Shown here piece after piece: positions 10,850 to 23,840 of a DNA stretch of 64,000 nucleotides; position 1 is the stretch's first letter; the number at the start of each line of letters is the position of its first letter. Source of the stretch: Gracilinanus agilis. Lineage: Eukaryota. A program made the translations under genes and the position numbers. The stretch is taken from positions 149,651,596 to 149,715,595 of the forward strand of contig NC_058130.1 of assembly GCF_016433145.1 (NCBI RefSeq). Direction: 5' to 3'. The notes below the pieces were generated by a model. It was given only the letters and a program-made list of their open reading frames with translations, was not told the DNA's origin and did no database searches.

Positions 10850-11392
10850 CAACTCTTTCTCTTCCAATCCTAATAATGAACCACCCCCAACTGCCTAAGC
10901 AAAAGTCACCCACTTTCCTTTCTAGCATGCTGTATTATCTTATAACTCATGTTTCCTAATCCTACCCAAACACAGTGAAAAATAGCCTATTCCTACCACT
11001 TTGCCTTTTGGGAAACCTATATTCTGTGGTTAACAAGTTTCCCTTCCTCTTTAGATCTCTTTCGAATTTCTTCTTCCTTCTTTTGGTAAACCAAAAAAAT
11101 TGTTTTCCCAAGCGAGACATTAAACTTACTTTATAGTATTGAACATATTTCATATCACCATTAAACAGAGGTCTGGGATAATAATCAGGCATACTCTTTA
11201 CTCTAAATGCCAATTCCTGATCCTTCACCTACTGTGATCACTCAGCAATATTTCTCTTTAGAGATTCGCTTGATAAAGATAGATCAGTCAACTTTTATAT
11301 TTCTGGTAATTATCTGCTAGTCCTCAGAACATTCTTCCTCCTTTAAAATTATAGTACTTGACTTAAAGTCTTCATTTCCCCCTCAATTAATT
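10850..11392 (+). mobile_element. Ancient L2-like LINE fragment (paralogue ~30700-32100, interrupted there by an LTR)
   Basis: Degenerate translation near 31560 (HFAFWETH...FPSSLDLFL) resembles the start of the L2 endonuclease domain; heavily decayed. Confidence 0.5.
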
Positions 11393-12263
11393 AATTAAAT
11401 TATTTAGCTAATCAGAAGGGCAATAATAGATAACAAAACTAAAGAGTATATAAATGATCATGGCTAAGATCAGACATGGAGAATAGCTGAGCATATACAT
11501 CTCCCTACTTTTTGACAGAAGTAGATGGTTATGGTTGTGGAATATTGCATATAATTTCAGAACCAGTTGATATGCTGTTCATTTTTACTGAATTGTTCTC
11601 TTTTAAAAGTAAATTCTTTATTATAAGGGATCTCTTAATGGGAGGGGACAGAGTGTAAAGCTATGCTCAGAAGTCAAAATGATGCAAAACCCAAAGAATC
11701 AATTAAAATGTTTTAAGTGTCAAAAGTTGGATTTGAACTAGGTATTCTTGACTCCAAAAGCAATAATCTATCCTTTTAATAAGACTAAAGAAGCAGAAAG
11801 CTGTAGTGAGAAAAGCTCTGGATTGAGAGATAGAATGCTAGTTATGCTATTTTCAGGCTTGGCAACCCAAAACAAGTAAAACTGTACTGCTTTTCACTGG
11901 CATTTCCCATATATGAAATTACCCAACTCAGTTTGGGAAAGGTTTTGAAACCTGTTAGAAATAAATTAATATTGTTTCTGATTTCCACTATATTAATTTT
12001 ATAATGTGATTATGCTAGACTGATTTTTAATAACTGCCTTAAAAATGCTCCCTGTACTAGTCTGAATGGGATGAGAGCGGTGATTAAAAGACAGTGGTGA
12101 CTTTGAACTAACTCCCCTCTTTCCCTCACACATTTGTTGCTAACCAGTTTAACCTGGGACCCTTGCTTTGCTTACCTATTAACAGAGAATTACCTTGATC
12201 GGGGCTTCTCCCCAAGGGACAGTTCTTTTATTCTTGCTTTTTCTTGTAAAAATTAAAGGTGAT

Positions 12264-15200
12264 GCTTTTCAGGGTTAAGATGGCAGCAGAGTAAAAAGCA
12301 GCTGCTTGACATCTCCTAACCCACACATATAGGACTCCTCAAGAAGACATAAAAACAAATCCAAAGAATGAAGGGACCCCACAACAGGGCGCAGCATTGA
12401 AGGTACATGGAATCAGGGCACTTCCATGCTATAAAGGGGTGAAATAGCTCTCACTAAAACACAAGCTGAGCAACACCCTCCCTCACAAAAACCACCTACA
12501 GTGCCAAAGCCAGGGCAAAATAGTTAGAGCAAGTTGAGAGCAGCAAGACTTAAGACCCCCAATAGGCTAAAGAATGCGCAGAATTTGAACACAGACCCTG
12601 AGCTCAGGCACAGACACAGATCCTGAACCCAAGCACAGACTCAGATCCTCATTGTAGGTGTGGATCTTGAGTGGGGACCCAGTGAAGAGGGTGGCACGAC
12701 TGTGGAATCAGTACCCTGAGACTGTTAAAGGAGCTTCAGGCAGAAGAACAAGAAAGGGGACCACCAGGAGGCTTGACCCTGAGAACAACTAGACCTGAGA
12801 CCTCAGGAGCCTAAAGAGCACAGATAGACCCTGGGCGTGAGGATAAAGCTGAGAGGGCACTGAGCTAACAATGGCAAGCCAGACTCAGGAACCCCAGAAG
12901 AGAAAGATGAAGAAGAAACCTTTAAAACTGAACAACTTTTACACAGAAAAATCCAGACAACAGAGCAAACAGATCTCTTCCATCTTTCTCATAATCTTAG
13001 ATTTGAACTCTTCAAGACTTTGCGACCCATTTTCATTTTTTTTGGGAAGGTTTGGCTTTGGTTACTTGTTTGTTCTCCTCTGCTGTTTGCTCTGTTGTCT
13101 ATCTGCTCTCTTTAGGCTCCTGAGCAACTAATCCCAATACTATACAAATTATTTGATATTATAAACAAAGAAGGAGCCCTACCAAATTCCTTTTATGACA
13201 AAAATATGATACTGTTTCCAAAGCCAGGTAGATCAAAAACAGAGAAAGAAAACTATAGACCAATCACGCTAGTGAACATAGATGCAAAAATCTTAAATAG
13301 AATACTAGCAAAGAGACTCCAGTAAGTGATCAAGAGGATCATCCACCATGATCAGGTGGGATTTATACCAGGAATACAAGGATGGTTCAACATTAGGAAA
13401 ACATCCGCATAATTGACCATATTAACAATCTAACTAACAAAAATCACATGATTATCTCAATAGATGCTGAAAAAGCCTTTGACAAAATATAGCACCCATT
13501 CCTATTGAAAACATGGAAAATTATAGGAATAGAAGGACCTTTCCTAAAAATAATAAACATTACATACCTAAAATCATCAATAAGCATCATATGCAATGGG
13601 GACAAATTAGAAGCCTTTCCAATAAGATCAGGAGTAAAACAAGGATGCCCATTATCACCTCTATTATTTAACATTGTACTAGAAACACTAGAAGTAGCAA
13701 TTAGAGAAGAAAAAGAAATTGAAGGTATTAAAATAGGCAATGAGGAGACTAAGCTATCACTCTTTGCAGATGATATGATGGTCTATTTAAAAAATCCTAG
13801 AGAATCAACTAAGAAGCTTGTAGAAGTAATTAACAACTTTAGCAAAGTTGCAGGATACAAAATAAATGCACATAAATCATCAGCATTTCTATATATTTCC
13901 AACACATCACAGCAATAAGAGTTAGAAGGAGAAACACCATTTAAAATCACCCTAGACAACATAAAATGCTTAGGAATCTATCTACCAAAACAAACACAGG
14001 AATTATATTAAAACAACCACAAAACACTTTCCAAACAATTAAAACTAGATCTAAACAATTGGAAAAACACTGATTGCTCATGGGTAGGATGAGCTAACAT
14101 AATAAAAATGACCATTCTACCCAAATTAATTTACCTATTTAGCACCATACCCATCAAACTACCAAAAAAACTTTTTTACTAAATTAGAAAAAACTATAAA
14201 AGTTCATTTGGAATAACAAAAGATCAAGAATATCAAGAGAAATAATGAAAAAAAATGTGAAGGAATGTGGTCTAGCAGTACCAGATATTAAACTATACTA
14301 TAAAGCCGTGGCCATCAAAATGGTATGGTACTGGCTAAGAGACAGAAGGGAGGATCAGTGGAATAGTCTGGTATAAGTGACGTCAGTAAGACACTGTGTG
14401 ATAAGCCCAAAGAGCCCAACTTTTGGGACAAGAATCCACTGTTTGACAAAACTGTTGGGAAATTTGGAAAACAATATGGGAGAGATTAGGTTTAGATCAA
14501 AATCTCACACTCTACACAGAGATAAATTCATAATGAATGAGTGACTTGAATATAAAGAGGGAAACTATAAGTTAAGTGAACACGGAATAGTATACTTGTC
14601 AGATCTCTGGGAAAGGAAAGATTTTAAAACCAAGCAAGAGTTAGAGAAAGTTACAAAATGTAAAATAAATGATTTTGATTATATGAAACTAAAAAGCTTT
14701 TGTACAAACAAAAACAATGCAGCCAAAATCAGAAGGGAAACAACAAATTGGAAAAAAATCTTTATTAAAAAAAACTCTGACAGAGGTCTAATTACTCAAA
14801 TATACAAGGAGTTAAATCAATTGTATAAAACATCAAGCCATTCCCCAATTGATAAATGGGCAAGAGACATGAATAGGCAATTTTCAGGTAACGAAATCAA
14901 AAGTATCAATAAGCACATGAGAAAGTGTTCCAAATCTCTAATAATTAGAGAAATGCAAATCAAAACAACCCTGAGGTATCACCTCACACCTAGCAGTTTG
15001 GCTAAAATGATAGAAGGTGAGAGTCATGAATATTGGAGGGGATGTGGCAAAATTGGGACATTAATGCATTGCTGGTGGAGCTGTGAACTGATCCAACCAT
15101 TCTGGAAGGCAATTTGGAACTATGCTCAAAGGGCTATAAAAGAATGCCTGCCCTTTGATTCAGTCATAGCATTTCTGGGTCTGTACCCCAAAGAGATAAT

Positions 15201-15831
15201 AGATAAAAAGACTTATACGAAAATATTTATAGCTTCGCTCTTTGTGGTGGCAAAAAACTGGAAAATGAGGGCGTGCCCTTCAATTGGGGAATGGCTGAAC
15301 AAATTGTGGTATATGCTGGTGATGGAATACTATTGAACTCAAAGGAATAATAAACTGGAGGAATTCCATGTGAACTGGAAAGACCTCCAGGAATTGATGC
15401 AGAATGAAAGGAGCAGAGCCAGAAGAATATTATACACAGAGACCAATACACTGTGTTAAAATAGAATATAATGGACTTCTGTACTAGTAGCAATGCAATG
15501 ACCCAGGACAATTCTGAGGGACTTATGGTAAAGAATTCTACCCACATTCAGAGGAAGAACTGCAGGAGTGGAAAGACAGAAGAAAACCAACTGCTTGAAC
15601 ACATGGGTTGATGCGGACATTATTGGGTATGTAGATTCGAAAATACCACACCAATGCAACTACCAACAATTTGGAAATAGGTCTTGATCAATGACACATG
15701 TTTAAACCAGTGGAAATGCGTGTTGGCTATGGGGGTGGGGTTAGATGGGGGAGGGGTGAAGGGGAAAGTAAGGGCATGAATCATGTAACCATGTTAACTT
15801 TTCTGAAAAATAAATGTTATTAAATGTTAAA
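12264..15831 (+). mobile_element. L1 LINE with intact 5' UTR and 3' end but an internal deletion and inversion; ORF2 disrupted
   Basis: 5' end agggttaagatggcagcagag; ORF1 start MASQTQEPQKRK at 12871; RT-domain ORF2 pieces ([12 protein letters not shown]) at 13505-13918; C-terminus at 14596-15336; A-tail. TSD AAAAATTAAAGGTGAT at 12248-12263 and 15832-15847. Confidence 0.93.
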
Positions 15832-15911
15832 AAAAATTAAAGGTGATTTGGTCTCTCCAAAGGGAAGGCAACCTGGGTGGTACTGATTAACATCCCTGAA
15901 TGGTCAGAGAA

Positions 15912-16150
15912 GGGAAGCTGGGTGGCACAGTGGAATGAGTGCTGCACTTGCAGTCAGAAAGACTCATCTTAAATTCAAATCTTGCCTCAGATACTTTTAG
16001 CTATGTGACCTTGAGCAATCCACCTAAAACTATTTGCCTCAATTCCTCATCTGTAAAATGAGCTGGAGGAGAAAATGGCAAACCACTCCAGTGACTTTCT
16101 CAAGGAAACCTCAAATGAGGTCAGGAAGAGTAAGAAATGAGTGAACAACA
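15912..16150 (+). mobile_element. MAR1-type SINE
   Basis: gggaagctgggtggcacagtgg...core...ggagaaaatggcaaaccactccagt...gtgaacaaca tail. Confidence 0.8.
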
Positions 16151-17003
16151 TTAAGGAGAGGGGCATTATCAGTCATATTTGAGGGCCAATCCTCTTTCCC
16201 AGTTACATCTGATCATGAGATTTACCAGCTTCCCATACACTACCCCTTCCTATTGGCTTTCATGATCTTTTCCATCCTATTGGAGTCCCTCATTTTATTG
16301 AGCTAGCCAGAGCAACACACCTTCTTACCAGCTATGCTCTTCACTTTTTATAAACTATTATTTTACCCAGAAAATTTGCCCCAATCGCCTTAATTGTAAT
16401 CACCACAAACATATTAAGTGTCATGTGTACTTAATCTACTGCTATTATCCTGCAATTCAGCAGTGACTTCAAAGATTCTTCTTTGTAGAACAATTTAAAT
16501 GAAAATCAGAATATAGCATTTTAAGAGTGGGAAAGGAACTGGAGGAAATGGAAATGAGTCTTAGGTGATATATTTGTGGGATTTATTAGCAACAGGAATC
16601 AGGAAATTTTGAACCCAGATAAATTGGTCAATAGAGTCAGGCATGAATTCTGTTGCTTTAAATATTGATCACACTTGTCTATACTTGAAAGAATGACAGG
16701 AATTTCTGAAGAGAAGAGATTATGTCCATAAGAAAAGGAGATGGGAGGGAATAGGAAAAAGCGAAATACAGAGAAGAGTTAGAAGGAAAGAAATATCTCC
16801 TTTGAGATTAAAGTAGAAAGATGTGACTATAATGATCTGTCGACATGAGATCAAAGGAATGAGTTCCAGTTGGAGGGTCACAACACTTCTCAAACAAACC
16901 AGGGGGTTCAACAATGACTCCTTTTTGCTTGTTACTCAAAATTAATTTATAACTTTAATACAGAGGCCTGAGAAGTATATCAGAGGTGAAAAAATCTTCA
17001 AAG

Positions 17004-17698
17004 TGTAAGGGGTTAAAATTGTTAAAAGGATTTTGACAAAATAATAGAACAGCTTTTAATAATTTATGTTTTTATGGAACTATAGTAGAGTTATAAATTA
17101 ATATTTTCCCTTTAAGTCAGAGAAAAGAAAACTTATAGCAGCTTTTAACAATTAGCAATTTAGTTTAATTAAAATAGAAATGGTAAAAGAATATAGTAAA
17201 CAAGTGAAAGATGAAAAAGAGGAAAGAGTGATTGTTAATCTAATACCCTATAAATATACTTAAACTTCCTAATGCTACCTAAAATTCCTAAGACTCTCTC
17301 TAACTGCCTTTTGAGGACAGCTTCTTCTTGCCTGGCAAATACCAGGCTTATCCAAACTACACTATCTATAAATGATTCACTAACTACCTAACTCCCTAAA
17401 ATAATAGACAGCTACCACTCACTCACTCATTCCTTCAATCAGTTTTCTAAAGCAACCCAAACTGTCAGTAGCCAACTCACAGCAGATCCTTGCCTCAGAG
17501 ACAGACCTCCTGCTCTCTAGAGATACTAGAGGGGAAAAGGTCAGCAACATCAGCCTACAACTGATGCTCCCTAAGCAGGAAACTCTCCAGTCCTACTTCA
17601 TGTCAATGTGGGAGCTTTAATCCATACATATCTCTATGGTAAGAGGACCTCCAGGTCCCTGATTAAATTAAAAAAGGAATAAAGAATTCCTTTTTACA
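17004..17698. mobile_element. Solo ERV LTR, 695 bp
   Basis: TGTAA...TTACA inverted termini; 4-bp TSD AAAG at 17000-17003 and 17699-17702. Confidence 0.8.
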
Positions 17699-19067
17699 AA
17701 AGGCAGAAACAAGAGATGTTGTGCAAGCAGATGTAGTGAAACTAGATAATTGATTGGATATGAGTAAGAGAAAATGAAAAGTTGATCATGACTTTTAGTT
17801 TTTGATCTGCATTATTAGAAGGCTGTTGATACTCTGTAGATTCGGGGAAATTAGAAAGAGGAGCTAATCTTTTTTGAAAAGTTACTGCCATAGTTCATAC
17901 CCTAATCATTTTACATTTAACTAATCTAGCTTTTACAATATGTTCCTAATTCAACTCCTTGCATCTAATTTGTCTCTCTGTTCTCCAATTCATCCAGCTA
18001 CCTGATTTATAAAGCACAGTTCTGCTCATGTCACTCCTCAGATGATGAAATATAAGTGGCTCCCTAAATGCCTTTAGGACAAAATACCTCTGTTTGGCCC
18101 TTAATCTGACTATAGTCTATCCTTTTCAGATTTATTATGTATTAATCCACTTTAATCATTCTACATTCCAGCCAGACTGGATTACTTGACTGATGTTCCC
18201 ATATACACTATAGTCAATGATCCAATTCTGTGCTTCTGCCCCAAGTCATATTTCATACCTGAATATTCTACGTCTTTTCCTCCTCTTCCTGGAATTCCTG
18301 GAATACCTATCTCTATTTCAGTTTCAGTTTAAATACCATTTCCTTTTAGAGGTCTTTTCTTTTTTATCCTAGCTGTTAGTATTTATTCAAGCTTCCCCCC
18401 AAATGCTTTAATTATGTGGGTCTTATTAGAAGAAATAGATATTTCATAGCACAAACTATGCTGTGCTTCCTTAATCTTTTGATAGTACTCTTTCCTCCCC
18501 ATACTCTCTATAATATTTCTTGTATAAAGGTTTAAGATGTGGGCATATGGTTTCTATAACACTGAGAAGACAAATGGAGAAGACACTTTGATTTCCATTC
18601 CAGGCACATTCTCTTCTCAATTGGATCATAAATCCCTTGAGGGCAAAGGAGCTTATTTCATTCATTTTTCAAATCATTCTTTGCCACCTATTCTTTGCAT
18701 CATTGCCTAGCATAGTATTTTTCACACTAATGAAGACTGGTCCTCTTGATGTTATTGATCTCGGTGACTTTATGGTGAGAAACTTCTCTCTAACAATGCA
18801 GGTTGACAAATTCTCTACAATTTATAGTTTTAGAGAATTGTCTAGAGCAATGAGAGGCAAAAGAAGTTGTTAAAGGTCACAAAGAAATAATCTGTCAAAG
18901 GTGGGACTTGAACTCTTATCTTTCTGCTTTTAAAGGCAACTTTCTATCACCATTATACTATGTGGCTTCTGAGAGCTTAAGAAATATTTGTTTGATTTAA
19001 TTGAACTTAAATATCTATGTTGTTGTCTTGAATTAAAACATAGTTATATTTGAAACATAGTATAATA

Positions 19068-19186
19068 TAATAAGTTCAAAGTAATTGGGCCTTAGGGGCC
19101 CTGATCATGAAGTATCATAAACTTTTCACTTTGTACATATCTAAGGCAGAACTTTAAATAACCTCAGAGACAAAGTAATCTCAAAG
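19068..19186 (+). promoter_or_regulatory. Candidate OR promoter module for the OR at 25714
   Basis: TAATAAGTT-caaa-GTAATTGGGCCTTAGGGG, then 70 bp later CTTTAAATAACCTCAGAGACAAAGTAATCTCAAAG. Confidence 0.7.
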
Positions 19187-21582
19187 TATAACAAGATCTT
19201 TAAACTGCCTTCTAGAACCCATGACTAATTCTATTGTGATTTGGAGGGCCTCTACTATGGGGTCAGGACAGTGGTTCCCATTGTGTCCCTTGGCCAAATG
19301 AAGTTTAGTAAAAAGCAAATTAATTTTCTTTTCTTCCAGTGTTTCCTATCCCTGAGGAAGCTAGGCTTCCTTCAGGTCATCACACAGTTGAAATAAGTCT
19401 ATATCTGCAAAATTTGAAAATTATTTCTAACAAAACATACAACTGAAATGCAAATAAGATCATAAAATTCTGAAGCAACATATTTTTCCATTAAAACTAA
19501 TTTTTGGAAAACCATCAAAACCTGAAGAAGCTTCCTTATAGGAAGCAATCAGTTACTTGAGAAAGAAAATCAAGACAAAGCAATCTGCACTGTGTTGAAG
19601 CCTAAGAGGAAAGACAATCTCCCAAATAGAGGTAAATGGCTATAAAGACTAAAGACATAATCACTCAATGCTCTGAAATATTCTGGTTCATAAGAATCAA
19701 TGAAGCTAAGCCATTCTCTTTGTGTATGGAATTTTTCTTGATGCAAAGGCATTCTTGGGACACAAATGCAGATTCTTATCTTGATCACTAGGCAGAGGGA
19801 ACAAGAGGGAATGAGATAATAAAAAAGTCAGAATTCTGTAGAAAAAAGGAATGTACAAACTGAACAAAGATGAAGAACTGGGTCAATAATTTACACCTGC
19901 AGGAATTAATACCCAGGTGAGGCCTGGAAATCCTGTTTTGACAGAGTATGGAGAGAATGATGAATATAGAAAATTAATTAAATTATACAATGTTTGTATT
20001 TCTCACATATCAAGTATTATTTATGATCAACTAAAGTTGTTTGTTCTGTCTCCTAGAAGAGATAGTAGAGAAGGTGGAATAACATTTCTTATTTTTCTGG
20101 TTTTCAGAGACTGAAAAATGAATAAATGAATGCATGAATAAAAAACATTTCTTAAGTACTTGTAAGGACTGACAATCCCTTTCCCTAAGAAATTTAATTT
20201 CTAATATAAGGAAATGATGTAGGCTGGAGGTTTTAGGTACAAGTACAATAGAAAATCCACCTGCTCCATAGGGTGCAGCAACCAAACAAACACATCTTCT
20301 TTAACTCTACTTCTGATAACACTGTGTGTGTGTGTATGTGTGTGTGTGTGTATGTGTGTGTATGTGTGTGTGTTATTAAACTATTTGGTAGCACTAAGGA
20401 CACTGGTGTTGAGAAATTTGTTTCTTTTTTCTTCAACAAATATTACTGCTGAAGGAGTAAGGGTTATAGCACCTGTAGAGGTAGTTTTCAAATCTCATCC
20501 CCACAAGTCTTGATTCCTTGGATGATGATTTCAAGGGCTAGGCTAGAAGTAAGACCATCAGTCTGTTTCTTGAAGAGACGCCCACCTAAGCAGCTAAAAA
20601 GCAAGATAATAGGCATGACGGATCCTAGTATCTATATTTCCAATGTAAAGTTAGTAATGATGAATAATTCATAAATTATAGATATCTGAATGGCATAATT
20701 CTAAGACCCAGTGGTAGAGAACAGTGAATGAGGGTTCATAAATACACCTGAGACTTCAAGATTAATTGTGTTTAGTGTAAAAGTAAGTAGATTTGTAATG
20801 CCCATGAAAACTTGAACTAAGTGATAAAATCCCTCCAAATCAAGAACGTGTAATTCTAAAGTAAGTTAACAACTGTTCCTTGTACTGGATATCAAAGTTT
20901 TGCCATACTGGGAACATTTGGTAGATGTAGAAAACAGAATATTTGAGGGCTCTGGTTCTGGTGACAAGACAGGCTAAAAGGTCAGATGGAAGATATGAGG
21001 TAATACTAACATCATTGTCTGTGCCCTAAGTATTGTCAGGATTCTTCTTAAAAATCTGATCTCTTTATTCCTAGAAATAATATTTGTGGATACCAGGCAT
21101 CTCCTACCTAATAGGTGGTATCAGTTGGTATATACAAAAATAACCTTTGCCCTAGGATCTGTACTTATTAATTCTTCGTTTTTATATTCTTATGACTTCC
21201 TGCATCCTATACACTGCCTCTTTGCCAAGACCTGCCTTTGACTTATCTCTGTATTTGAATGCTTGCTTGACTGTAGTATGGTATCTGATTGCCTGAGTTC
21301 ATACCATTGACATTCTTATCCCACCTTGAAGAAATGACTTGCTCAACAATAGACCTTCAACATAAATCAAATTAGGGGCAAGACTGAAATGTACTTTGAG
21401 GCAAGGGAAGATAGTTCTGGGAGCAGTGTTCATTGAAAATAGATGCTTCTCTTCAATATAGCTAGGATGGGCACAACAACTAGGAAAGTCATTAGTGTAA
21501 CTGTGATAGAAAAGAGCAGAACGAAAAGAAAATTTTACACCTAGAACAGGTATTCCAGAATGTCACCGAAGACACTTTATAG

Positions 21583-21788
21583 CAGGGGTCGGCAACGTAT
21601 GGCTCTCGAGCCATATCTGGCTCTTTTGAGGGCCAGATATGGTTCTTTCTGCAGGAGCCATAAAGTTAATTTTTTTCAGGCGCTGTTACAGGATCATGCA
21701 CTGTGAGCACTGTATGACTCTCACAAAATTACCTTTTAAAAAATGTGGCATTTATGGCTCTCAAGGCCAAAAAGGTTGCCGACCCCTG
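21583..21788. mobile_element. hAT MITE, identical paralogue of 3616-3821
   Basis: Same TIRs and the same CTTTATAG TSD. Confidence 0.93.
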
Positions 21789-23791
21789 CTTTATAGGAAT
21801 GCATACGTATTCTCTTGTGAACAATAATATAACTTAAAAGCTCAATGTTTTTGACTAAAACTTGTTTTTATTTGTTTTATAGAACATTTCCCCCCCTCAG
21901 TTTTGAGGCTAAATAGTATATTCCTATATGCTAATTGAATTCTGATTGTGAATGAGGAAGACATGAACTAATATTTCTAATAATCACTTAATAAATAATT
22001 GTTGATTTGTCTAGATAAGTGACTTTAATCATGTCCTTCTGCAATATTTGACACAGTTCTAAGAGATCATTGAGTATTCTACTTCAGAGATGGCAGGTGT
22101 AAGGCTATACTACCAAGAATAATAGACTTTAGAGTATGTTGGAGTCTCTGGCCCTTTGTGAAAGAGTTCATTTCAAAAAGAAATTAAGTTTGTAGAGGAC
22201 CGACTGAGAATATGTGGAAATAAGAAGAGCCATTATTAATATGGAAGCATCTAACTCTAAATCAGAATGTGAGCCATTGCATGTAAGCATAGATATGTTC
22301 CAGGTATGGATCCCTGAACAATGCAAGGCTTTATTTTGAGCTACTACTCCAAATTGCAAGAGATTTTGGGTCACCTCTTGAGGAAAATCTCTGCTTAAAA
22401 ATCGTATAGATAACTGAGAAATATTTCAATTCAAGGAATGGGTGACACTTAAGCCTTGTGCCTGGTAAGCAAGTTTAAGCACTTGGTTTGTCCTACAAAA
22501 AATGCCTCCTTAGAGATTCACCATAATAATGAAACTGGTAAGTGTATATATTTGACAGACAGAACTCCAACCCATTTCTACCCCGCTGGGTGCTCTTCAC
22601 ATAGCAAAAACAATACTTAGGCCAATGTGAAATGGTTCAAAGCCAAAGCATAGATGTGGGGAGAATAGGAGAGAGAGGAGAACAGTGGTGAAATGTCATT
22701 TTTACCGAAAATAATCCAGAGTTAAACTGATTAAGTGGGAAACCAGGTGGTGCAAGTGGATAGAATCCTGAGCCTGGAGTCAAGAAGACCTAAATAGAAA
22801 TCTGGCCTTAGTCACTTATTAGCTATGTGACCATAAACAAGTTGCTTAATTATATTTATCTCAGTTTCCTCCTTCCAGATTTTTCCCCTTTCTGAAAGTA
22901 GATACAACAAACTGACTGATTCCTACTAGACTTATCTCCCATGATTGAGCTAATCAATCATATAACTATAGATGCTACCAAAAGAGTCATCACAACTAGA
23001 AGGGGGTGGTAAGAGTATTAATGTGGTGACATAACTAGGGGGAGGGGGGTTGAAAGAAGATGTGTTTAATTAGAGAATAAAGAATATTTTAGGTTAACTC
23101 AAAAAGAGATGAGTATAAAACATTTAACCAAGGTTATCAATGGTATTTTTCTCTGTTTTTTAGCTTAGGGTGGTAGATAAAGTAGACTAGCAGTTCACAG
23201 GACAATATATGATCTATAATGCACTCCGTGCTCTCGATGTTGGTAAAGTGATCCCTAAAGGAATTCTACACATTTACATTACTTTAGATTGTGATTATTA
23301 AAACAAGTTGATTTTTTCATAAACATGTGGCCAAGCCTGCTGAAACCACTTAACTAATACCATCTTGTCTTGGAGGCATCAGCAATCAAAGTGTCAGCAT
23401 CCAAACTGAAGGTTCTGGTTTTGTAACTTGGCCATGAGGTAATTGCTGTCCATGGTGCTGATGTAGCTGGCCTAGAGGCATCTGACAGCTGACCAATGCA
23501 GAAAGATATAACATGCCAATGTCCAGCTATTACTTAAAGGACCCTTCAGCTGTTCCATCAGTCTGTGAAGCTGTCAGTGGTAGGTGCTAGACTTCAGGTC
23601 AGAAGAAAAAAAGTGGAATATTATCATTGTTAATTATCATCTATAGTATTTTCTATCAACTAGTTGAAGATTCTTCGGAGTGTTAAATTCTAGGTGTGTT
23701 GGTTAGACCTACCCCTTTGTAGCACACTTGTTACTAAACATGTGACCCTGAAGTGATTGGTGGTCAGAGTCTTTATTCATGGTGTTACGTG

Positions 23792-23840
<49 letters not shown>

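Larger units (their letters stand above)
1..11392 (+). repeat. Tandem segmental duplication, copy A (starts before the window); paralogous to 17987-31964
   Basis: Base 1 (aattcatccagctacctgat) matches 17987. Collinear similarity continues to cctcaattaatta at ~11392 / ~31964, interrupted only by copy-specific TE insertions. Flanks are roughly 90% identical by eye. Confidence 0.93.
12005..16407. mobile_element. Possible old LTR split by a nested L1 (12264-15831) and a MAR1 SINE (15912-16150)
   Basis: Begins TGTGATTA and ends TAATCACCACA; the sequence rejoins across the L1 TSD. No convincing TSD for the LTR itself. Confidence 0.3.

Noticed and set aside
15227-15659. Recurrent MWV.FF... and MHW... 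ORFs (also 29351-29669, 32829-33261, 62318-62786)
   Set aside because: They are antisense frames of the L1 3' end and recur only because L1 recurs.
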